A DNA stretch of 49,578 nt, counting the filler, from Jimgerdemannia flammicorona (taxonomy: Eukaryota): NCBI GenBank assembly GCA_003990765.1. It is 2 parts of 2 records of this genome, joined end to end, with 100 filler letters (N's around TTAATTAATTAA, not from the genome) between each part and the next. Parts side by side here need not be neighbours in the genome. Positions count along the whole stretch, not along the records: positions 24,840 to 49,578 come from RBNJ01000933.1; 1 more part is not named here. One strand, given 5' to 3'. A model generated the notes under the pieces. It had not been told where the DNA came from. It did no database searches and was given only the letters and a program-made list of their open reading frames with translations. Made by a program: the position numbers and the translations under genes. Positions 24,840-36,789 of this stretch are shown piece by piece. Each line of letters opens with the position of its first letter. The stretch's first letter is position 1.

Positions 24840-25007
24840 ATCAAATTTGGATGATTATTCATCAAATTATTGATGTAAACATTTAATTGTCTAATTTGGA
24901 AATCAAAACAATGGTTGATTCGAATCCCATCCGAGTTGATCCGGATGGGATTCAATCCGAATCAATCCGAATCCAATCCGGATTAAATTGACTCGTTAGG
25001 AGCACTA
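24840..25007. mobile_element. Right terminus of a CpG-intact hAT-family element
   Basis: Ends AATTGACTCGTTAGGAGCACTA; its reverse complement matches the TIR at 28059 (TAGTACTCTGAATGAGTCAATT). Has ATCCG(A/G) subterminal repeats. Confidence 0.8.
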
Positions 25008-26977
25008 ACCATCTATAAGGAGTAAATAAATAAGATTTAACTTAAATATAAAAAGATGAGATATATTCACTATATAAAATATATCTATAATAAATCCATA
25101 AACTATACTATAAATACTACTATTCTATGAACACTATACTATAAATACTATATATAAAATTATATAAATCTCAACTTATATTAGTAAAGATTTAGTTTTA
25201 ATAATAATCCATTGACTCTTATATTATATACAATTTATTATTAAATATATACTCCTAATACTACTATATACTCTTCAAATGAAAACTAGTTATAATTGTA
25301 AGTAATACTAAATATATCTATATATTTGGTTATTTAGTTCTAACTATATATTTATAAATAAAATATATATTTAAAAAAATTTCTCCTATAATATATAATC
25401 TGCATACTTATTTACTAAATATAAATGAAAAGAATATGTATTTAATCTACTCATCAAGTCCTTTCTTACTGAATCATATTTCTTAAATAAGAGTAATATA
25501 TATACTTTATAAATAATTATATCTATAGATATAATATTAAATTTCCCAGTCTGGATAACAACAGCTATTTTTATTTTATAATTATGAGAGATCATACTTT
25601 TAATACTAGGATTCTCAATATCTACTATATTATATCACTCTAAGTATATAAGTTAATGAACTTAGTAATCTTGTTCAATTTGAAGAGAAGGCAAACTTGA
25701 GCAAAAAGATATTTATTTATATTTTGTCTTATCTCAAACTACTTGTCTGTGAGATTATACAATACTACTCAGTTATATTATAGACTCTTATAAAACTATT
25801 ACTTGTAGTAGGTAAGTTGGTAAAATATAGCTAAACTTAATTTTATATCTACAAATAGGTCATAAACTCTAATTGATAAAGTAGTAAAGATATTAATCTA
25901 CAGATATTAAGGAGAGATATTAGAAATATTCACCAGCTAGTTTAGTATAAATAACTTACTATTGAATTTTTAGATATAAACTAGAACTTATGGAAAAACA
26001 TCTGAGTAGCAAGTTCAAGGTTATATAGCTTAAACAATTTTGAAACTTCATCAATATAGAGTATACTATCAGGTATGCTAGTACTTAGGTACCAGTATTT
26101 CTCAGTTATTAGTAAGCTTAAGATATTCACAAACTTGCTAGTTATAACATAATTGAGCTTATCTCAAGTACTGTTTGGTGATCTATAAACTTAATAACTT
26201 AGAGAAGTGAATCATATTTATTTATTTATCAATATATTATCTTAACTTCTGCATGATATTGATATTTAGTTATCTCTATATCAGTATTATCTAATATACC
26301 AAATATTCAAGTTGACTCAGAAATATGCTATAGAGAGTAGAGTTTTTCAAAGTTCAGCAAACTTGATGAGATTTCTACAAACTGCTCTTTTAGTTTATTA
26401 AATTGAGATAATAGTATATCTTAATCTGTAAGTATTTTTTCAGTCTAAACTAGTGATGAGACATAGAAGTATCACTCAATAAATATTGTAAGATATTTGA
26501 TAATATGTATTAAGTAATTTGAAAATCTCTCTTATATATAAGAGAAATATCTTTTAAAAGATTTTTTTTTTTTTAATTAAAGAGTTTATAAATATTTTAT
26601 GAACTTACTATAATATATATAATACTTATATATATTAGTTATTAATATTTAGCTACAGTTATTTGACTAAGATTTAAAATTCCAGTAGAGAATTTTTTAA
26701 GTCTAGAATATTAAGAAATAAGCTAAATGTAGAGATCTAACTCTAGTATAAGTAAGTTTGCTATATATATATCAAACAAACTCTTGATAAGATTAAGAGT
26801 TAGATTGACTAAGTATTCCTAAATATCTTTTTTTACTTAATAAAGTATATCAGGTATAATTATTAAATAAATATTTATAAGAGATAGTTTACATAGTATA
26901 TTCTAGAGTTTGGCTGATAGATGATATAATTATTAGTAAAAAATATTTATTTAAAAACAAGCAAAATTAATATATAT

Positions 26978-27454
26978 TGTAACATAGTGGATGCTTACTC
27001 TTGGAAGTACATCAGATTTCTGTATCTTGAAAACTTAACTGTTCTGACTCTCGCAGAGTCTTCTTGAAGTTGCAGGGGAGGGTGGGTGAGTTCGAAGTGT
27101 ATCTGCCCACAGACTTACTAGTTCCTTTACTATCTCTTTGCTTTGAACTATTTCGATCTGAGATTTATTCACTCGAAGATATTGGGTTATTTATACAAGT
27201 TTGCTAGCTATGAGAGGGTGGCTAAGTAATAAATGAGTCATTTGGACTTTGTCGAAACATTTGGACAATGTCTAAATGCTATACTAAATTGGAGTATTTG
27301 ATTTGGATAATGTCTAAAATTTAGACAATGTCTAAGAAATTAGACAATGTCGAAATCGAGGACTGCTAACTATAATACTATACTACTTTGGGAATGGGTG
27401 CGATCAAGTGTCTATTCCCTATTTCCTTCTTCTAAATCTGGCTGTACCGTCACA
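26978..27454 (-). mobile_element. Solo LTR, subfamily A (477 bp)
   Basis: Reverse complement of LTR-A with a perfect TSD ATAT (26974-26977 / 27455-27458). Confidence 0.95.
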
Positions 27455-27607
27455 ATATAGTTAGTTCCTACAATTTATATACTTAAAGACTCTTCTTAGC
27501 TATTTTATATTTATCTTTCAAATGGTAAATCTGTGTATTTACAACTACTCTTTATATCTCAGAAATTGTTCATAGAAAATATATCTTATCAAGACATGAA
27601 AATTATA

Positions 27608-27711
27608 TTTTTTTAAAGAAATTTTAATAATCCCTTAGTTTGGTAATCACTTATAGTTTTTGGAAATCACAAGCTGACGGTGCAGGAAGCTTAAATGCTA
27701 TGAACATCGCC
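27608..27711 (-). mobile_element. 104-bp retroposed fragment with an A-tail and 15-bp TSD
   Basis: GACATGAAAATTATA at 27593-27607 and 27712-27726. A T7 run abuts the left copy and CpGs are retained. Confidence 0.75.
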
Positions 27712-27809
27712 GACATGAAAATTATAAGTGAGGGGCCATATATCATTTTGAGAAAGCTTAATTTATATAGATCAAGTAGATCAAATATATCTCTGGATAA
27801 TTGACCATG

Positions 27810-28058
27810 AAGGATATAACTACTAAATAATAATTATAAAGTTTGCTATCTGGTCTATATATAATAATATCACTATAAAATATATTCATAATTAGCTATC
27901 AAATAAAATTTTTATCTAAACAATTTTATAATTATAAATATTATATTTTTCTTACTTATAGATAGTCCATGAAGTATTCATGATATATATCTATGATATA
28001 GAACTACTTTAACTTTATAGAAGAAGTTTTTTTCATTCTCCTTAAGAGTTTTTTCAAT
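27810..28058. repeat. Repeat X copy 2, left part (split by the hAT)
   Basis: Matches 2939-3183. Confidence 0.85.
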
Positions 28059-28074
28059 TAGTACTCTGAATGAG

Positions 28075-28425
28075 TCAATTCAAATCAAATCTGGATTTGA
28101 TTTGTCACATGATAGTTTGATCTGAATCTCAAATCCAAAGCAATCTGAATCAACTTGGATTAATCTGAATCCACCCTATCTGAATTGTCCCATCTGAATC
28201 ACCTATCCAAATTACCTATTTAAATTACTCCATCTGAATCACCCTATCCAAATCACTCTATCCAAACTACCCAATTTGAACCACCTAATCTGAATCACTC
28301 AATCTGAATCACTCAATCTGAATTCTCCAATTTGAATCCTCCAATTTGAATCCTCTAATTCAAATTCTTCAATATGAATTCTCATCTGAATTTTTCAATA
28401 GAATCCTCCAATCCAAATCCTCTAC
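28075..28425. repeat. hAT subterminal short-motif array (ATCTGAATC / ATCCAAATC, decayed from ATCCGAATC)
   Basis: Many copies at ~13-14 bp spacing, mirrored at 36660-36770; the CpG-intact form is visible at 24915-24985. Confidence 0.85.
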
Positions 28426-28519
28426 ATGACTCATATGTCAGATATGTCCACATATACATACAATATATATATATGCAAACATATGCATATATATACAAAT
28501 ATATAAATATATATGTTGA

Positions 28520-31100
28520 TAGATCAGTCTTCAACAGTTCACAGTACCAATGATGCTTCAAGTCAAATATCTCTGATAGTTTTACACCTTCTATGTAATC
28601 CTTACTCCAAAATCTGGTAACATTATACTAAGACAGAAGATGATATTATTTATAACTATTGCAGATAAAAAATTAAGATATACCTATTGATATAACTGAC
28701 ACTTTTTGTTTGATATACATATAATACTGTTTCATCTACCCTCATAAACTGTATTAGCCAGAAGTTCAAAATGCTTAGTGGTATAACTTCAAATATGTAT
28801 CAATACATAAAAGACAAGTACTCTGACAAAATCAAAAAGAACATGAAGATAAATAAAATCAATATTCAAGCTGTGGTGAGTATGTTTATCTGATTATCTG
28901 ATCATTTCTATATTAACAACTCTATTTAATCAAAATATTTAGCCATACTCTTTAGCAGAATTTTGAAATTGGCTCATTTGCTAGATTGTGTATACAGACC
29001 AGCCATTCACAACTATTGAGAGTAATCAATTGCATAGTATCTTTGGTCTCCTCAAGTATGATTTATATTTGCTAAGTACTAATACTATTTGCAAAGATAT
29101 CCTGGAGACCTATAGAAAGGAGTATGATAATCTCTGCCAGATACTTCAGGTAAAATAAGGGCAGCACTGTGATCTTTGCAAGCTGAATTATATATATATA
29201 TTTATAAAGAGCTCACCAATTTAACCTCACATTCAATAAGTAGAATTTAGCAGGCAAAATTTTATTTATAATTAACACATGGATATCTCTCAATGCAATT
29301 TCATTTCTGGGCATTACTGGTCATTAGATTGATCTTGATTAGTAGCTTAAATCTCTCACCCTTGACTTCATCAAACTTACTGGTTCTCATTCTGGAGAAA
29401 ATATTATAGATGTTTTTATTAGTTATATCCAGGAACTTGGAATCACAACCAAGATAAAAAAGGGGGGCTTGCCATCAAGTTGGTATTTCAAGAAAAGTCC
29501 TAAAACAAATAGATTTTATTGGTTATTTATTTTTGTATAAATTGGCCGACTAAATATTTCAAGTACAGATTTTAGTCATTATGATGAACAATGCTATAAA
29601 CAACTCAATATTTTTTGAAGTTTTAGTAGGCAGCCTCAAACAAAAAAATGTGGCCTTTGGTATAGAAAGCTGCCATATGTGATTCCAGGCCCATATACTA
29701 AACCTCACTATTCAGGACTATCTTATATATATAGATAAAACATCCAAGAGAGGAGAGGCCCAGAGTATAGTTTCCAAGCTATATAAACTGATTGTATCAG
29801 TCTGATTGTCCTTACAACAATAAGACAAATTTACTATATAGTGTAGGGCAATTAGTTTAGCCCTGAAGAAGCTAATATTGGATGTCTATCCATATTGGAA
29901 CTCAATATTTGCAATGATCCAGTGTGTGCTGGAGTTTGCTGTGATATATATTCTTTTTTTTTTCAGTTAGCTAAAGCAACTTATTTTGGATGATTGAGGA
30001 TTTTATTTGTTTTTTTATAAACAAAAAAACAAAACAAGCCAATAGATTCAATAGTTACTACCAATAAGGAAATATAGAGTGAGACACTAGATGAAAGTGA
30101 GTAAGACATACTTAGAAATATGGTCAGAGTTTTGGAAATAAGTGGTAATTACTCTGGCCCTACACTCATTTTGTCTACCTCTATATAATGTAATACCTCA
30201 CCATATATAACTGCCAGTATTTCAATGATTGTATGAAGGATATAGTCAAACAAATGACTCTGACAATAAGCTCTACAATACCAGTATATAACCTTTTGAT
30301 TGACTAACTAGAGGATAAGCTCAAGGATAGACTAGAGGGTTGCAGTGATTTATGGTTAAGCCCAGATCAGAGAGATATCATGGAGGTTGCTCTAAGCAAG
30401 CTCAGAAAATACTACTCCAAAACAGATGCTACTATATACTCAATCAGTATAGATATATCAGCATGTGGCCATTGTCTCTTTCAAAATAAAGAAACTCTTG
30501 CAAAAACTCACTCTCTTTTTTCTAAATAATACTGGACCTATACTTAAAGCTATAATACTATAAAGATCAGGGCTAAGAGTAGCACTTCATTGAGGAAACC
30601 AAGTAGGCAGTAATCAAAACATACTGGAAAAACTATATACTACCACAAGGTTTTGGCCAAAGTCTAGATAAATATACCAAGAGATCCCTCCTGTCCCATA
30701 TTTACTTCAGCAGAAAGAGGAGAGAGCCATCAGTAAAAGAGCTGCTATTAATAGACAAACACAACATTTATCTCACCAGTGACCACATGATTCTGCTGAA
30801 GAGTATAGAGGTGCTCAATTGGTGGAAGGTGGGTTATTAGATAGGCAGTTGATTGTGTTAGACCAATTTAATCCTCCAACCTAACCACTGCTCTACCCAC
30901 TAGAGTATGCAGCTATAGCTATATCAAATGGACTTCTCTAGCCTATGTGGTATGGCTTGGAACTACTTGATAATTCCTACTACCAGTACTCCCATCAAGT
31001 GAGTATTCTCAGGCAAGATGGATCTTATTGCCCCTAAGAGATGTGCACTGAATACTGAGACAATCTGGGCATATATCTGAAATCTTGGTGGGGCTCAGGC
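28520..31100 (+). pseudogene. hAT transposase pseudogene with introns
   Basis: BED-finger-like remnant (~28650), TWISLNAISFLGITGH*ID (~29277), HSGENI (~29388), DV...WNS.FAMI (~29881) and dimerisation motif PTTSTPIK*VFS (~30975). Confidence 0.85.
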
Positions 31101-31255
31101 TGCTAAAATTTGACAGGTTCTGGGGTTCACAGATAAGTTAGTTGGCTTATAGATTATTTAATACTTTTTCAAAAATAAAAATGAAAAAAATAAACCTAGA
31201 CTTGGCCTGGAGTTTGTGGCCTAAGTAGGACAGCAGTCAGCAGAGTTAGTGGTGG

Positions 31256-31578
31256 TAGAGAGAGTATGCAAAATTTGTAGCCTTCCATTAGCAGCAATAT
31301 ACTGTCAGTATCTGAGTTGGTGAGTGGAGTCAGTGGGTATAGAGTTGGTGGGCATGGAGTTAGTAGAAAGAGTGTGCAAAATTTGCAGCCCTCTGCCAGC
31401 AGCAAGGGATAGCCTCAAGTGTCTGGGATAGGGGGGTAAGTGGAGGGGGCAGAGATAGGTAGAGAGAGTATACAAAATTTGCAGCCCTCTACCAGCAGCT
31501 TGGGATAACCCTGAGCAGCCTGTGTCCAGTAGAGTAGCAGAGAGAGTATACAAAATTTGCAGCCCTCTACTAGTAGTA
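31256..31578. repeat. Four ~42-bp dispersed repeats GTAGAGAGAGTATRCAAAATTTGCAGCCCTCTRCCAGCAGC
   Basis: Copies start at ~31256, 31363, 31459 and 31537 with unequal spacers. A ~20-bp tandem array follows at ~31630-31703. Confidence 0.85.
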
Positions 31579-33369
31579 AAGAGGTAACCCCAAGCTATCA
31601 AAGAGTCTGAGTCCAGGTTAGAGGATACTTCTGGTGATCAGAGAGTGCTTTTGGTAGTCAGAGGGCATTTCTGATAGTCAGAGGGTGTTTCTGGCAGTCA
31701 AAGTTCACCACAGATTCAGGCTTCATCACCAGTCAGATCTCATGGACACCCTGGCCCTATGCTACAACACTGCACCAGTAGCACTACAGAGCAGGACCAA
31801 GGGACTGATAGGGCCTGACATAATGGCTAAACTAGTGCTACAGAAGAGGCACTCAGCTGCCAGCCCAACCCCTCACAAAAGACTACCCAACTCTTACAAA
31901 AACTACTCCACCTGCTAGTTCCAGACTTTGATAAGTCTGTTATCTATTGTGAGTATGATGACTGTTGTGTCCAAGCTCTCTTCAAAGGTGACAGTACTAT
32001 AGTGGTCATGTGGTTGAAATAGAATGACCATGTTGGCTATAAATAGAATCTTGAAACCATAGATGAGGTTATATCAGACTCTGCTGCTATCCTTCCAGGT
32101 TGGGCCCTTCCTTTCCAGAATATAAAACATTACTAAGGTAATGTTGTTGTCTATATGTGTGGACAGAGAAACATTGTATCCAATATATTCTAATGTGATA
32201 TGAGTATATAGTTAGGTGAACCCTTGGCCCAGAACCTCATACTGCCAGGCTGTGCTGGTGGATGCCTGCCCTTGGTCCAGCCCCAGGAGCTCTGGCTTGA
32301 AAACCTGTCAAAATGGATGGCATCTGGTCAGTCCTTTTTGCATACAGGGGGGCAAAAACCCCTAGACTGCAGAAACCCCCCAGACTATAGCATCAAAAAA
32401 GTGGAGCTCCTTATCTCATATAGCATGCTAAATTGCACCAAGAATGTACATACAGCTATACCAAGATCACTACTAAGCTGACCTACCATATGCTCTACCA
32501 ATCTGCTCAAAGACCCCCAGATTATAGCCACTATTGCTATATAGGCTATATTATGCTTATATGTAGTTTGCTCTTTGACAGTACTTTTAAAGTTCTGGTA
32601 GGGGTACAGAATCTTGTACATCTCTGGAATTGTATTAAAAAGAGTATGTCAGCAAAGAGAGTGATTATCTAGAGAGAAGGAAAAAAAAAAAAAAGAGAGA
32701 TGAGTGCAGGAAATTTCAGAACTCCAGAATCCATCCTTTACCAGTATTACAGTATACCCAATTCCTGTCCAAACCCCCCCTCTTTACTTTTTTCACCCTC
32801 TCTTTTCTGCTACCCAGTATTTGACACAATCCTTGCAAACCTCATTGATGTGGTAGTGAAGCTCATTGCTGTAGAGATTCCTTATCACTATCACAACCAC
32901 CTCTCCATAATCATTAATAATGATATAATTCTCTTTATCATTAATTACTCCTACTGGCCAATGGACCCCTTGGTCAAGAATGATTAGCTCTGATTTAAAT
33001 GTAAACTCCTAAGCCTTGATGATGATGCTGGTACTGCTCATACTGAACATCTTGCTCTTGAATTTCTCTATTTGATCAGATGCCAGATGTGATTGAACTC
33101 AGATAACTTTGAACTCTCCTTTACAATAGAACTGAGCCCTGATCTGAGGGGCCAAGATAAGTATGTAGATGGATTGCATGTAGGCAGATTGTATGTAGAT
33201 AGATTGTATATAGATAGCAGACACCTTTCTCCTATATAATTCATGTTATACCAACTTCAAGCAATGGTTTTCAACACCACTCAGAGAAAAGGTACTATAA
33301 AAATATCATCAAGCAAGAGTTCCAACAGGTGTGCTGGGTCAGGTAGATCTGGGGCATTCAGCTGGCAGA

Positions 33370-36300
33370 ATATGGGAAGAGGTTATAGACTGGAGATGGG
33401 GGCCTTTAGAAGGTTGAAGAGTGGAGAGGGATCTGGCAAAGAACTGGTGTTAGGTGGAAGTGGGGGAAGACCTGGCCCCCCTAGCTTTGCAGACAAGATG
33501 AAGGGAAGTGGATGGCTGGTTGGAGCTAGGGCAGGTGCTACTGAGGAGAAGGACAAGGCTAGCATCAGTAGGGGGAGTGGTACCCAGGTGAGAGATGTGA
33601 GCATAGGGGCTGGAGGTGCTGTGGCTGGGGGTGGGACTGTTGATGAAAGTGTGATGGGAAATCAGAAAAAAAAAAGTGATGTAATGGCTGATGGTAAGGT
33701 GGGGCAGGGGTTCTCAATATAGAAGAGAGATCTGGTAGATAGTGTGATAGAGCTGGTGGTAGCACCATTGCTCAAGAAGTCAATCTTGGAGTTTGTGGCT
33801 ACCTTGTGCTTTCAGGGCTTGGCAGTAATGGCAAGGATAGTCTTGGGGCTTATCTCAAAGCAGGTGGCTGGGGCTGCTTTAGTGAAGTTCCTAAAGGGTC
33901 TGGAGGGGGTTGAGGTGGGCTTTGAGGAGGTGGACCCACTGAATGAGGCTCTGAAGACTGGAGTGGTGGTCAGAAAAGTAGTGGTCCCTATGGTATGCTA
34001 TCTTAGGTGAGACCCCAGAGTAGTTCAGCTGCTGGTAAAGGGGGTGCCTACAGTAATAGTGATTGAGATAAGGAGGCAGGTTGAGGAGGTGATGGTAGAG
34101 TATAGTGATATAGTTGATATTGGTTTTCAGATATGAGAGGGGACTACTATCAGAACTGAAGATATTGATGTCAGAATTCAGCTGGCAGAGAAGGAGACCA
34201 CTAGAAAGACAAGTGACTAACTATCAGTGATACTATGAGGGGCTTTCATCTATTGGGTATTGAGGGTGAAAGAGAGTAAGAAGGAGGAGGAGGATCTGTT
34301 GGAGGCTCTAGAAGAGATAAGTGAAGCTGTTGAGTAGAGGGCAAAGGTCTGGAAGAGATATGTGGAGTTAATGCATTTGGAGATTGTGGAAGAAAAGTAT
34401 ATCTACACTGACAGGAGACAGTGGAAAAGGACTCAGGGGCATAAAAGACAGAGAGAGCTATTGGCAAGTATGAAAGAGAGAGTGAAGAAGAATGATGGTG
34501 GTATTGAGGAGTCTAGGGGTACAGAAGCAAGTATCTGGGCCAGTAAGAGAGAAGAAGTGATAGAGAGGGTTCTAGAGAAAACTGGGAAGATGTCATGAGT
34601 GGACTCATTTGAGGATGGTACATTTGAAGTCTGGGAACCTGTTATGGAGAATACTCTCCCTCTGATCAGGTGGAGTCCTGCTGCAAAGGACAGGGTAGCA
34701 GAGGATGTGCTGATGTATGGTACCAAGCAGGTCTACTTTGGAGTCTCAGATTTGGCAAAAGGGGGACAGATGGTAGCAGTTGGTGAGGATGAGCTAGTGG
34801 ATGTACTGGAGGAGGGATGGAATGAGACTATGAGTGTAGGAGCTGATACCATAATGCTAGATACAGAAAGACTGGTGACTCTGGAGAGGAAAGAGGTGGA
34901 TAATCTATTGTAGATATATCAGATGATGAACAATTTCACAGCTAAAGAATTGGGGGAAGTGGACCTGAGAGCAATAAGTGAGGAGTACTGGGTGCAGATT
35001 CTGTAGAGAGATGGTATGGTGGAGGTACTAAAGGTGGAGGGGAGGTACTTGTAATTTTCCTGAAGAAGAAGGGGTATGAGATTGATAAGGAGAGAGAGAC
35101 TGAGCTAGCAGTTGCTACCAGTGAGCAGGCTGCTTACTGTTGGACAGAGAGGTATGGTTTGCAACTTTGGCAGGAGGCCTGCCTGGAGTATTGTGAGAAA
35201 TTTGAGAAAAAGGAGAATAGTGAGATGGTGGAACTTCTGGAGAGATTGGAGACAAAGGAAGCTGAAGAGAAGAGGCTGGCAGCAGAGCATAACTTAGCCT
35301 TAGTACAGGAGAGGTGGGATGTGGATTTGTAGAGGATGAGAGAGACCTTACTTCTAAACACTATTCCTTATGAACAGTACAACTAATATTTTCTCACTGA
35401 ATGTGAATGGGTTAAGGAGATCTGGGTGACACAAGAACATTTTTACTTAGCTTAAAGGATTGAAGGCTGATCTCTTTCTGCTGCAGGATGTACATTGTGA
35501 AAATGATGATAACTGTATAGAATGGACTAGAGAATGAGAAGGGGCTATAGTATAGATGGGTAAGGTGGAAATTTTAGTGAGAAGTAGTAAAGGTGACTTA
35601 GAGGATATCAGGAGCTGGGGAGACTGTTTGGTATGGGGAGAATAGAATTGACCTAGGTGGGAGTCAGTGAAAGTTGGCTCTTACTACTGCCCTACAGCTA
35701 GGGGTGAGAGGATCACATGGATTAAGGGGCTTTTGGAGGAGGGTATACTCTTGAAAGATGGCATTGATGTACTGAGAGGTGACTTTAATATAATGCAGAA
35801 CCTGGAGTTAGATAGAACTGATGGAGGAAGGAGTATAGGTGGGAGAAGTGGTGGACTGGATACTTGAGAGGAGGTCAAGAACCTTAGTTTCTTAGGAGAT
35901 GTAGGCCATATAGGGTGGGGGGAAAAGAGGATCTATATATACTGAGTAAATGGCCTTAGGATAAGGATAGATTGGATTCTGACAGCTAAATGCTGGGGTG
36001 TGGATGTCTAGAGGACTCTAGAGGTAGAGTGATATCTGTGGTCTAATCACTAGGGCCTGTTGGGACAGAGGCAGTTTGGGGGGAGTGGGGATGGACTCAG
36101 ACATTGGTGCCTTAACTCCTTCCTGCTGGCTGAGAAGGTTTTGTGGGACCCATGGATAGAGGACATCCAAGTGAAGATTGCTGGCTAGACACATGAGGAT
36201 TTGCCAGTGGGTGTCCAATAGATAAAGTTGAAAGAAACTATATAGGTTTACTGGAAAGAGGCTGGTAGAGAGACAGAGAAGTAGAGAAGGAAAAGGGTGA

Positions 36301-36660
36301 GGTATGCTTCCAATCAGTTGGTTAGACTGCAGATGGAATAGGCAGATTTGTTAAATGCTGGCATGGTCAATGATTGGAGGTTGGAGTGTACAAAATTAGA
36401 GGTAATGTAGCTACAACAGGTGCTGAGAGAGGAGAAGAAGATCTGTATAAAAGGAATGGCAGTCAGGCTAAGGTGACAGAGACTTGAGGAGGAGGAGAGG
36501 CCTACTAGGTACTTGTTGCAGCTCCTCCAGACCAAGAGAGTACAGCATTGATGGAATAGGGTCCTGGATGCAGAGGGGGAAATAGTACATGGCATGCAAC
36601 AGATCTTAAGGATACTGAAGGAGAGGTAGAGGTATCTGTAGAGTGAGGAGGAAGGGGGAT
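33370..36660 (+). mobile_element. 3'-truncated L1/Tx1-like LINE (ORF1 + APE endonuclease) nested in the hAT
   Basis: Colinear with 42950-46190. ORF2 ATG at 35370, then IFSLNVNGLR, LLQDVH, SYYCP, GDFN, RIDW and S(D)H; it stops abruptly at the hAT right subterminal repeats. Confidence 0.88.
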
Positions 36661-36789
36661 GGATCAATCCAGATCAATCCAGATCAATCTGGATCAGATT
36701 ATGAGACCAATCTGAGTTGATTCAAATCTATTACATGATGAATCTGATTCAAATCTCATCTGGATAAATTGCATTCATTCAGAGCACAA

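Larger units (their letters stand above)
28059..36789 (+). mobile_element. Composite hAT DNA transposon (8.7 kb)
   Basis: Imperfect TIRs TAGTACTCTGAATGAGTCAATT / AATTGCATTCATTCAGAGCACAA and an 8-bp TSD TTTTCAAT (28051-58) / CTTTCAAT (36790-97). The empty site in the paralog is at ~3176-3183. Confidence 0.9.

Noticed and set aside
25010..26970. Possible decayed coding region
   Set aside because: Too AT-rich and degraded; no motif could be recovered by eye.
31256..31578. CRISPR array
   Set aside because: Eukaryotic TE context, unequal spacers, degenerate repeats and no cas genes.
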